Below are positions 1 to 8,278 of a stretch of 55,485 bases of DNA, one piece after another. The translations under genes were made by a program, and so were the position numbers. The notes under the pieces were generated by a model. That model had not been told where the DNA came from and made no database searches. It worked only from the letters and a program-made list of their open reading frames with translations. Position 1 is the first letter of the stretch. Every line of letters starts with the position of its first letter. The stretch spans positions 1-55,485 of the forward strand of contig JAKFCT010000057.1 in assembly GCA_036676495.1 (NCBI GenBank), read 5' to 3'. Source of the DNA: Candidatus Sericytochromatia bacterium. GTDB taxonomy: Bacteria > Cyanobacteriota > Sericytochromatia > S15B-MN24 > UBA4093.

Positions 1-210
1 TCTCTTCGGGCCAAAGCGTTGGGTATCAAGCCTACTCCCGGGCCCTCGTGACCTCCCCGACTCGTTGCGGCCCGGCACGCTAGTCGAGAGTCCGCTTGAG
101 GACTCGACCGCCCTTCCCTCGCCATCATTGCCCAAAGATTCCCCCGAGCTTCGGAAACATCCGGCGGGGAAACACCCGACGGTGCCCGTGCCTGCCTTCG
201 GGCGCATGAA

Positions 211-286
211 GGAAACCCGCCGGGTGTGTGACCGGCGGGCTCAGGTTCGAGAGGGGTGGTGTGTGATTGATCTACAGGATGCCACA
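211..286 (-). ncRNA. Putative small RNA, family F copy 1 (extended -10, C-rich tract, terminator hairpin)
   Basis: Minus strand TGTGGCATCCT..CACACCACCCCTCTC..GAGCCCGCCGGTCACACACCCGGCGGGTTTCC; homologous to 37187-37266 and 43159-43238. Confidence 0.55.
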
Positions 287-484
287 GTCCGGCCTGGGCG
301 GCTGTAGGTAAGGCCGCACCGGTGGTGTGAGCATGCATACGGTCGCTTACCTGGTATGCAAAACGGGGCACCGTGCGTCCCCCGGGCGAAATGGAGACGG
401 GGTGGGACCCCTTCTTCTCATGGCGAGGGAAGCGTTGGACCGTACCGCCCGGACCGAGCCGCTCCATATCCCTGGCCGTCAAGA

Positions 485-537
485 ATTGCTTGAGTAACCA
501 GACCTACGGTTATTGCTTGAGTAAACCGTTCTACGGT
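485..537. repeat. Tandem 26-bp direct repeat (period 27), probable regulator sites
   Basis: ATTGCTTGAGTAACCAGACCTACGGT (485-510) and ATTGCTTGAGTAAACCGTTCTACGGT (512-537). Confidence 0.75.
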
Positions 538-547
538 CGCTTCAAAA

Positions 548-622
548 TTAACTTCAGGATCAGGTGAATTTACCCGAGCCTTAAACGCAGAGGCACAAGC
601 CCCCGCGGAGATCGGCGGATAA
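548..622 (+). promoter_or_regulatory. 11-bp-phased TTAA/TTAC boxes plus sigma28-like promoter
   Basis: TTAA 548, TTAC 570, TTAA 581; CAAG(596)-N15-GCGGATAA(615). Confidence 0.45.
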
Positions 623-662
623 GAAATGCAGCAGAAGACCCTAAGGTGAGGAGGATGACGCC

Positions 663-2111
663 ATGATTTCCGGAGCTTCGCAGTCGAACCCCTATATGAT
701 CCGGTCCGTCGCAACTCCGGCCAGCAACCCGCTGGGCGTCGAGTGGGTGGGTGGCTCTTCCGCCCCGGCCGCTCCCGCCGCGACCTCGGCTCCCGCTCCG
801 GTTGCCGCTCAGCCCACCGCTCAGCAGCCCGTCGCCCAGAGCCAGGTTCAGCCGATGGCTCAGGTCCTCTCGCAGATCTTCTCGGGCCTGATGAACGCCC
901 TCAAGGGCATCGTGGGTTGGATCGCCAACCTCTTCAAGCAGCAGCCCGCCACCCAGCCTCCCGCTGGTCAGACCCAGCCCCCGGTGACCCAGCCCCCCGT
1001 CTCGCAGCCTCCCGTGGTGCAGCCCCCTGTTTCGCAGCCGCCTGCCACCGGCGTGGACTACACCGCGATCGCCCGCCAGTACAACCTCCTCGCCACCCCT
1101 GAGAACGTTCAGGCCTTCCTCAACGAGGTCAAGACCTACGAGACCGATGGCGCCCTCGGCCCCGGCTCGGCCAACGCTCAGGCCGTCAAGGATCTTCAGA
1201 CCGTCCTCGCCAAGTTCGGTTACGCCGTCCCTGCTACCGGCGTCTACGACAACGTCACCGCCCAGGCCGTTATCCAGTTCAAGACCCAGAACGGCATCCG
1301 TCAGAGCTACAAGGCCGCCAACGGCCAGCCTGCCGTCAACGAGTACGCCGACAAGCAGACCCTCGAGTTCATCATGAAGAAGCTGGAAGCCGCGATGGCT
1401 CAGCCCCCCGTGGCCCAGCCCCCGGTCGTTCAGCCCCCCGTTTCGCAGCCTCCCGTGGTCCAGCCCCCCGTGGTCCAGCCCCCCGTGGTCCAGCCCCCGG
1501 TCGTTCAGCCCCCCGTCGTCCAGCAGCCCACCCAGCCCGCCACCGGTGGCGTGAACGTCGCGGCCATCGCTCAGCAGTACAACCTCCTCGCCACTGCCGA
1601 GAACGTCCAGGCCTTCCTCAACGAGGTCAAGACCTACGAGACCGATGGCGCCCTCGGCCCCGGGACCACCAACACCTCCGCCGTCAAGGATCTGCAGACC
1701 ATCCTCGCCAAGTTCGGCTTCGCCATCCCCGCCACCGGTACCTACGACAACGCCACCGCTCAGGCCGTCATCCAGTTCAAGACCCAGAACGGCATCCGTC
1801 AGAGCTACAAGGCCGCCAACGGCCAGCCCGCCGTCAACGAGTACGCCGACAAGCAGACCCTCGAGTTCATCATGAAGAAGCTGGAAGCCGCGATGGCTCA
1901 GCCCGCTCAGCCCCAGACGGCACAGCCGCAAGCCCCGGTTCAGTCGGTTCCCGCCCCGGCTGCCGCCAGCAACCCCCTCGGGATGCAGTGGCAGGGTGGC
2001 GCCCCCGCCCAGGCCCCGGTTCAGCAGGCGCCCGTCCAGCAGGCCCCCGCGGCGGCTCCCGCGGCCCAGCCCCAGGCTCCCAACCCCCTCGGCATCGAGT
2101 GGGTCAGCTAA
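663..2111 (+). CDS. Pro/Gln-rich protein with two tandem peptidoglycan-binding-like domains
   Basis: RBS GAGGAGG; two near-identical domains containing AVKDLQTxLAKFG..TGxYDNxTAQAVIQFKTQNGI; QPPVV linkers. Confidence 0.8.
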   Translation: MISGASQSNPYMIRSVATPASNPLGVEWVGGSSAPAAPAATSAPAPVAAQPTAQQPVAQSQVQPMAQVLSQIFSGLMNALKGIVGWIANLFKQQPATQPPAGQTQPPVTQPPVSQPPVVQPPVSQPPATGVDYTAIARQYNLLATPENVQAFLNEVKTYETDGALGPGSANAQAVKDLQTVLAKFGYAVPATGVYDNVTAQAVIQFKTQNGIRQSYKAANGQPAVNEYADKQTLEFIMKKLEAAMAQPPVAQPPVVQPPVSQPPVVQPPVVQPPVVQPPVVQPPVVQQPTQPATGGVNVAAIAQQYNLLATAENVQAFLNEVKTYETDGALGPGTTNTSAVKDLQTILAKFGFAIPATGTYDNATAQAVIQFKTQNGIRQSYKAANGQPAVNEYADKQTLEFIMKKLEAAMAQPAQPQTAQPQAPVQSVPAPAAASNPLGMQWQGGAPAQAPVQQAPVQQAPAAAPAAQPQAPNPLGIEWVS

Positions 2112-2122
2112 ATCGACTCTCT

Positions 2123-2155
2123 AGCAGGCGCCCCGCAAGGGGCGCCTGCTTTTTT
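2123..2155 (+). terminator. Rho-independent terminator
   Basis: AGCAGGCGCCCC-GCAA-GGGGCGCCTGCT followed by T run. Confidence 0.9.
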
Positions 2156-2157
2156 GT

Positions 2158-2550
2158 TTAGCGGCCTGTCGATCGGTCGATCGGGGTGCGCCGGGTCTCG
2201 ATGACCCGATTCTGTCTCCGGTCGTAGGTGCCTTCGACCAGATAGCGGAGCGGCAGGCCGGGGCCGGCGATCCCGATCACCGTGATCCGGGCCCGAAACG
2301 CGTAGCGCTGCCCCGGGATGATCGGCCGGACGTTCAGGGCCTGCACGCTGGGACTGTAATCGGGGTAGCCGCGCTCCAACTCTTGGCGGATGCGTTGGCG
2401 CGCCATGCGGTTCACGTTGGGATAGAACTGCTGCACGTGGTAGGCGCTGTCCTGCGGGTCACCGCTCGGGAGGCCGGGCCCTGCCGTGCAGCCGAAGAGT
2501 GGGAGCGCCAGTGAGATCCCCAGGACCCCGATCAGCCATCGACCGTCCAT
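2158..2550 (-). CDS. Hypothetical lipoprotein
   Basis: Signal peptide with lipobox LFGC; AGGAGG upstream. Confidence 0.7.
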   Translation of the reverse strand: MDGRWLIGVLGISLALPLFGCTAGPGLPSGDPQDSAYHVQQFYPNVNRMARQRIRQELERGYPDYSPSVQALNVRPIIPGQRYAFRARITVIGIAGPGLPLRYLVEGTYDRRQNRVIETRRTPIDRSTGR

Positions 2551-2655
2551 CACTCGCTTCCTCCTTTGCTTCACCTCTCGCACTCAGCCTAGCGGGGCGA
2601 CAGAGGGGGAGGTTGGCCTTGAGGGCCGAACTTTGTCGGAGGATTGGCGCGGGGG

Positions 2656-4071
2656 TCAGGAGAAGGCGAGCTGCTTGGCGAGGGCGATCGCCCCCTCCCG
2701 GTCGCAGACGTCCCCGCGCACCTGGGCCTCGGTGACCGTGCGCAGGATCCGGGCGTAGGCGGGGCCCGGAGGCAGCCCCAGGGCCTTGAGATCGGCGCCG
2801 GTAAGGAGGCGCGGGGGATCGGTGAAGCGGGCGTCCTCGCGCCAGTAGGAGCGCATGAGGACCAAGACGCCCTCGAGGGTGGCCGCGACCTCGGCGTCGC
2901 TCACGGCGGGCCCGCGGGCGGCACCGCGATCGGCGATCGCCAGCAAGAGCAGACCCGGGGTCGTTTCGCCGGATTCCTGGAAGAGGCGATAGATCGCGAC
3001 CGGATCGAGCCCTCCCCGGATCACGGCCATCGGCTCCAGGTGAAGGCCGACCAGCCGCATCAGGTGCTCGCGCTCTTTGACGCTCAGGCGCATGCGCCCG
3101 GCGATCGCCTCCGCATGCGGGAGGCCCGCACGGTCGTGGCCAGTGTAATCGGCTTCCCCGAAGGCTCCGAGCACTCCGCGGAACTGCTTTCCGACGTCAT
3201 GGATGAGCGCTCCCAGGGTCAGGAGCGCCTTCAGGTTGGGAGCATGCGCGCTCGGAGCGTCGAGCCAGGCCTGAGCGCGCGGAGCGAGCGGGCCCGCCCA
3301 GTGCGGAAGGCTGGCGAGCAGGCGATCCAGCTGCCGAACGGTCTCCAGGGAATGGGCCAGGCCGTCGAGGTGATGCTCCAGAGAGGGAGGCACCTGGCTC
3401 AGGGCGTTGAGTTCCGGGACCAAGAGGTTCCAGATTCCCAATCCGAAGAGGCGATCCACCCATGTCGAGGCCTGCGGCAGGGCCAGGATGCGCATCAGCT
3501 CGGGGGTCGTGCGCTCGGGAGCGGCCTCCAGGATCTTGCGGCGGGAGGTCTCGACCCAGGTGAGGGTCTCGAAGTCGAGGGCGAAGTCCAGGGTGGCGGC
3601 GAAGCGCAGGACGCGCAGGGGGCGGACGGGATCGGCCAGCAAGTTCTCCAGGGAGATGGCCCGGACGCGGCGAAGGCGCAGGTCCTCCAGGCCGCCGGCC
3701 GGATCGATGAGGGCCTCGCTGCCGTCGAGAGGGACGGCCAGGGCGTTGAGGGCAAGATCGCGGCGCATGAGGTCGTCTTCGAGGCGATCGCCCTGCTGCT
3801 TGGCCAGATCGACGATGCGCCCGTCCGGGAGGACGACCCGGGCGATGCCCCAGTCGGCATCCAGCTCCACGGCGGAACCCTTCAGCTCCCGGGCAATCCG
3901 CTTGGCCAGGGGCATCGGAGGCGCGGCGACGACCAGGTCGAAGTCCGCCGGCGCCCGCCCGAGCCAGAGATCCCGCACGGCCCCCCCGACCAGCGCCGCA
4001 AAGACCCCTTCCGCCTGGGTGAGGCGGCGGAGATCGGCAAGGAGGGCATCGGAGGCAAGATCGATCGGCAT
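2656..4071 (-). CDS. Class II tRNA nucleotidyltransferase (probably CC-adding type) with HD domain
   Basis: VGGAVRD..DFD, RRDLALNA, DPVRPLRVLRF, HDVGK; flexible loop before RRD is short. Confidence 0.85.
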   Translation of the reverse strand: MPIDLASDALLADLRRLTQAEGVFAALVGGAVRDLWLGRAPADFDLVVAAPPMPLAKRIARELKGSAVELDADWGIARVVLPDGRIVDLAKQQGDRLEDDLMRRDLALNALAVPLDGSEALIDPAGGLEDLRLRRVRAISLENLLADPVRPLRVLRFAATLDFALDFETLTWVETSRRKILEAAPERTTPELMRILALPQASTWVDRLFGLGIWNLLVPELNALSQVPPSLEHHLDGLAHSLETVRQLDRLLASLPHWAGPLAPRAQAWLDAPSAHAPNLKALLTLGALIHDVGKQFRGVLGAFGEADYTGHDRAGLPHAEAIAGRMRLSVKEREHLMRLVGLHLEPMAVIRGGLDPVAIYRLFQESGETTPGLLLLAIADRGAARGPAVSDAEVAATLEGVLVLMRSYWREDARFTDPPRLLTGADLKALGLPPGPAYARILRTVTEAQVRGDVCDREGAIALAKQLAFS

Positions 4072-4172
4072 GGACGCTCACAGGCTCAAAGGCGAAAGGA
4101 ATACCGGAATGCTACAATTATGACAGATTGCCTCATGAACGGTGGCGCATCCCCGCCCAGAAAGGATGGACC

Positions 4173-5444
4173 ATGGCTGTGCAGTCCCAGTCCCTCGAAT
4201 CGAGCGTCGGCAGCCTGCAAAAGGCCCGTCAGCAACTCGCGCAGGCCGGACAGATCCTCGGCCTCCCCGCAGGCCTGATCGCGCGCCTCGGCGCTCCCGA
4301 CAAGCTGATCCAGACTTATAGCCCGGTTCGGATGGACGACGGGTCGATCCGCCAGTTCAGCGGCTACCGCGTCCAGCACTCCAACATCCTCGGCCCCTAC
4401 ACCGGAGGCGTTCGCTTCCATCCCAACGTCGATCTCGACCAGGTGACCGCGCATGCCATGCTGATGACCTGGCAGTGCTCCCTGGTGGGCCTGCCCTACG
4501 GCGGAGCCCGGGGCGGCGTGACGGTCGATCCCTACCAGCTCTCGGAAGCCGAGCTCGAGCGCCTCACCCGCCGCTACACCTCCGACATGATCCTGGTCTT
4601 CGACCCCAAGAAGGACATCCCGACGCCGGACGTGAACACCGGCTCGCGCGAGATGGCCTGGATCATGGACACCTGGAGCGTCAACCACGGCTTCGCGGCT
4701 CCCGGCGTCGTCACCGGCAAGCCCCTCGCGGTCGGTGGCACCATGGGGCGCCAGGACTCCACCGGCCGGGGCGTGATCCTGGCCCTGCAAGAGCTGCTCG
4801 CCTTCAAGGGGCGTGACCTGCAGGGCATGAAGGTCGCCCTGCAAGGCTTCGGCAAGCTGGGCCAGGCGGCGGCCCGCGTGGCGTACGAGGCGGGCGCGAA
4901 GGTGGTGGCGGTCAGCGACATCACCGGCGGCATCCACCATCCCGAGGGGCTGGACATCCTCGACGTGCTGGAGTACATCCAGGCCCACCGCTTCGTGAAG
5001 GGCTACCCCAAGGCCGAGCCCATCTCCGAGGAGGGCATCCTCTACCTGCCGGTCGACGTGCTCATCCCGGCCGCCTTCGGAGGCCAGATCCATCGGGATA
5101 ACGCCGAGCGGATCCAGGCGGAGTTCATCGTCGAAGGGGCGAACGGCCCCATCACTCCCGAAGCGGACGCCCTCCTCGAGGAGCGAGGCATCACCGTGCT
5201 CCCGGATATCCTCGCCAACTCCGGCGGGGTGATCGTGAGCTACTTCGAGTGGATCCAGGACAACCAGCAGCTCTTCTGGTCCGAAGAGGAGGTGAACGCG
5301 CGCCTCAAGGACGTGATCGCCCGCGCCTTCGCCAAGGTCGCGCGCAACGTGGAGCAGCGCGGCCTCTCCTTCCGGATGGGAGCCTACATCGAGGGAGTCG
5401 GCCGGGTCGCCGAGGCCCTCAGCCTGCGGGGCCTCTATCCCTAA
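4173..5444 (+). CDS. Glu/Leu/Phe/Val dehydrogenase family protein, likely non-catalytic GDH homolog
   Basis: GYRVQH, GGVRFHP, VVTGKP, QGFGKLG, EGANGP, PDILANSGGVIVSYFEW; three active-site Lys replaced. Confidence 0.9.
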   Translation: MAVQSQSLESSVGSLQKARQQLAQAGQILGLPAGLIARLGAPDKLIQTYSPVRMDDGSIRQFSGYRVQHSNILGPYTGGVRFHPNVDLDQVTAHAMLMTWQCSLVGLPYGGARGGVTVDPYQLSEAELERLTRRYTSDMILVFDPKKDIPTPDVNTGSREMAWIMDTWSVNHGFAAPGVVTGKPLAVGGTMGRQDSTGRGVILALQELLAFKGRDLQGMKVALQGFGKLGQAAARVAYEAGAKVVAVSDITGGIHHPEGLDILDVLEYIQAHRFVKGYPKAEPISEEGILYLPVDVLIPAAFGGQIHRDNAERIQAEFIVEGANGPITPEADALLEERGITVLPDILANSGGVIVSYFEWIQDNQQLFWSEEEVNARLKDVIARAFAKVARNVEQRGLSFRMGAYIEGVGRVAEALSLRGLYP

Positions 5445-5551
5445 CCCCCCCGCTCCGAGGGCCCGCAGGGATCTCCTGCGGGCACGGTAGCCCGAGGGGC
5501 GATCGGGGTATCATGAGGGTAATGGAATCCCCTTTTCGAGGAGGCACGTCG

Positions 5552-5710
5552 ATGTCCGAGGTCCTGGTGGTGACCTTTACCTGTCGCTCTTGCGGGAAGC
5601 CTTTTTCGTTCGAGTCCCCGGATCTGCGGATTCCCTTCCGCAAGATCCATTGCCCCGAGTGCAATTGGTGTCCGCTCGACCCGGTCAAGGACGATCCGCT
5701 GCGCACCTGA
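5552..5710 (+). CDS. Small zinc-ribbon protein (52 aa)
   Basis: RBS GAGGAGG; CRSC..CPEC. Confidence 0.65.
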   Translation: MSEVLVVTFTCRSCGKPFSFESPDLRIPFRKIHCPECNWCPLDPVKDDPLRT

Positions 5711-5903
5711 TCCGTCGCTGCCCCGCGTCCCGCCCGTGAGCTGGGACGCTCCAAGCCCGGTCGTGTCGGACGCCCCGAGCCCCTGAGCTCGGGGCTTTCA
5801 GTCCGCTCGATCGCCAACGGCCGCCCCCGTTCGTGCGTTGACCTCCCGCGCCCCCGCCTTTAGGATCGGGACGTGGGCCGCTGGCGCGCAAGGGAGGGTG
5901 GCC

Positions 5904-6860
5904 GTGTACTATCTCGTGGGCGTTGACCTGGGCGGGACCAAGATCGCCACCGCCCTCACCGACACCGACTGTCAGATCCTCAAGTACGAATCCGTCCTGA
6001 CCGAGGCCTCCCGGGGCCCCCAGGCCATCGTCGACCAGATGGTCGCGGAGATCCGCCAGATCACCGAAGGCCTGCCCAAGGAATCCATCCTGGGCATCGG
6101 GGTGGCCTGCGCCGGCCTGATCGAGCCCGGCACCGGCAAGGTGCTCTACTCCCCCAACCTCAACTGGCGCGATCTCCCCCTCCGGGAGATGATCGCCAGC
6201 CAGCTCCACTACCCGGTCTACGTCGGCAACGACGTGAACATGGCCGCCCTCGGCGAGCAGCATTACGGCGCGGGCATCGGCAAGAAGCAGGTGATCTCCG
6301 TCTTCGTCGGCACCGGGATCGGCGGGGGCATCATCATCGACGGGCACCTCTACGAGGGGGCCAACGGCTTCGCCGGAGAAGTCGGCCATGCCACCATCGA
6401 GTGGGACGGCCCCCCGTGCCCGAGCGGCAATCCCGGCTGCTGGGAAGGCTACGCCTCCGGCACGGCCATGCAGCGCCGCACGCTGGAAGCCCTCGCGCGC
6501 GGCGAGCCCTCCATGCTCACGGAGATGCTCCGGGGGGATGAGAGCCGCATGCGCGTGGAGCTGATCGCCGAGGCGGCCGCCAAGGGCGATGCCCTCGCGC
6601 AGCGCATCATCGCGGAGACCGGCGAACTGCTGGGGGCCGGCTGCGCCAACCTCGTTAATATCCTGAACCCCGAGCGGATCATCCTCGGGGGCGGCGTGAT
6701 CCGGGGCGTCCCCGAACTGGTGGACATGGTCCGGGAGTCGGTCAAGCGCCGGGCCCTGACGGATGCGGCCGAGGCCGTGGAGATCGTGAAGGCCCGCTTC
6801 GGCCGCGAGGCCGGCGTGATCGGCGGAGCCGTCCTGGCCAAGCTCGCGGGTAGACCCTAG
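5904..6860 (+). CDS. ROK family sugar kinase (glucokinase-like)
   Basis: GVDLGGTK, NDVNMAALGE, GTGIGGG, GEVGH, CPSGNPGCWE; GTG start after AGGGAGG. Confidence 0.9.
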   Translation: MYYLVGVDLGGTKIATALTDTDCQILKYESVLTEASRGPQAIVDQMVAEIRQITEGLPKESILGIGVACAGLIEPGTGKVLYSPNLNWRDLPLREMIASQLHYPVYVGNDVNMAALGEQHYGAGIGKKQVISVFVGTGIGGGIIIDGHLYEGANGFAGEVGHATIEWDGPPCPSGNPGCWEGYASGTAMQRRTLEALARGEPSMLTEMLRGDESRMRVELIAEAAAKGDALAQRIIAETGELLGAGCANLVNILNPERIILGGGVIRGVPELVDMVRESVKRRALTDAAEAVEIVKARFGREAGVIGGAVLAKLAGRP

Positions 6861-7691
6861 TTACTTGAAGAAGCCCTTGAGCTTCCCGAGAAGGCCGTTC
6901 GGCTCGGCGCTCGGAGGCTTGGGCGCCGCGGGGGCCGGCTTGGGCAATTGCCCCGAGCCGGGCGAGGGCAGGTTGCCCGAGTTCATGCTCAACGGCTGCG
7001 TGCCCCGCGTATTCTGGGGGGTCGGGGGCGGGAAGAGCTTGCAAATCACCGGATCGTTCTTGAAGTTGTCCCAGAAGCCGCAGACGGCGTAGGCCTTGCC
7101 CTTGGTCCGCTCGATGCCGAGCTCCTGGAGGCGCTCCCAGGCCTCTTCGAACGCGCAGGTCGCGATGCTATCGATGGTCTGATTGCCCTCTTCGTAGGCG
7201 CGGACCACCTCGTCGTACTGGTAAAGGGCCACCTGCGCCCGCTGCTTGACCCGGAGATCCCGAGCCAGCACGGTGGCGATGTCGAGGCCGAATTTCTTCT
7301 GGGGAGTGCCCAGGCCCGCGAAGGGATCCGGGGCCGGAGCCACGGGCTCGGCGTCCGCATTTTCCACCGTCGCCTCGGGCTCCGGCGGGAGGGCCGGCTG
7401 ATCGAAGGACTCCATCGTGGGGAGTTGCGGCAAGGTGGTCAGGTGGACCGCGAAGCGCAAGATCGCGATCGAGGGGGCGAAGAGCGTCATCAGGTGACGC
7501 ACGTAATCCAGCTCCCGCTTGACCTCGATCAGCTTGGCGGAAACCGCGTCCTTGAGGGGACCCGTCGGGGAGCGCAAGGGCCGGGTGACGTTGGGGGACG
7601 GACCTCCCCCCGAGGAGACGAAGGCGTCTCCGAAGGGCGTGGTCCGGGCCCGTTGAAAGGGCTGGGTGGGTTGTTTGGGATCGTGCTGCAT
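6861..7691 (-). CDS. Hypothetical protein with Pro-rich termini
   Basis: Long ORF with host-like codon bias; no recognised motif. Confidence 0.7.
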   Translation of the reverse strand: MQHDPKQPTQPFQRARTTPFGDAFVSSGGGPSPNVTRPLRSPTGPLKDAVSAKLIEVKRELDYVRHLMTLFAPSIAILRFAVHLTTLPQLPTMESFDQPALPPEPEATVENADAEPVAPAPDPFAGLGTPQKKFGLDIATVLARDLRVKQRAQVALYQYDEVVRAYEEGNQTIDSIATCAFEEAWERLQELGIERTKGKAYAVCGFWDNFKNDPVICKLFPPPTPQNTRGTQPLSMNSGNLPSPGSGQLPKPAPAAPKPPSAEPNGLLGKLKGFFK

Positions 7692-7832
7692 GATCCGTGC
7701 TCCCTGTCCCCCTCGGGTTGCTTCAGCCTACACCCTTGCGGCGTCGCCGCAGGCGCGTCGAAACAGCCGCAGGCCCCTGATCCATGGGGCTAGGGTCTCT
7801 TGTTCCCCGGCGGGCGGTTTTTTAACGGCCGC

Positions 7833-8078
7833 TTACTTGCGAGCGAAGCCAACGGGGCCGCGGGTTTTGGCCTCTTCGGGGGACTTCGGGCGCCGGAAGA
7901 CGTACGGCTTGGCGGTGATCAGCATCCAACCGTCATTGCCCAGCTCGTTGAGCTTGGCCTTGGGATCGCTTCCCAGGTCCTCCAGGATCTCGTACTCCCA
8001 CTTCAGCACCTTGTCTTCGGCCACGCTGGGCACGAGGGGGGCTCCGGAACCGGCTTCGGCGGCAATCGGGGTCTGCAT
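7833..8078 (-). CDS. Small DUF4177-like protein
   Basis: KWEYEI..LNELGNDGWML..YVFRRP pattern; AAGGAG RBS. Confidence 0.65.
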   Translation of the reverse strand: MQTPIAAEAGSGAPLVPSVAEDKVLKWEYEILEDLGSDPKAKLNELGNDGWMLITAKPYVFRRPKSPEEAKTRGPVGFARK

Positions 8079-8278
8079 GAGGGCTCCTTTCCGAAGAAAC
8101 GACGGTTATGGCATCACGATCGAAGGGACCGCACGTTCGGTCGGCCTCTGCTCCGATCTTAGTGCGCCCCCGTCCAAACCGCAAGGAAGAGAGGGCTCGC
8201 CGTCCGGCGCCTTGGAGGGGCGCGCGCGATCGGGTATCATGGCGGTCTCACTCGCTCCCCCCCTGGAAAGAGGTCCCG

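Noticed and set aside
1398-1530. 15-bp tandem repeats resembling an array
   Set aside because: In-frame QPPVV coding linker with no unique spacers
570-1931. 453-aa antisense ORF (and similar long shadow ORFs, e.g. 2644-4278, 13368-14855, 19681-22416, 24256-26331, 49828-51591)
   Set aside because: They mirror well-supported genes; expected from high-GC codon bias; no motifs
7822-7836. TTAA-N7-TTAC box
   Set aside because: Formed by a T run and a stop codon, so not counted in the TTAA regulon
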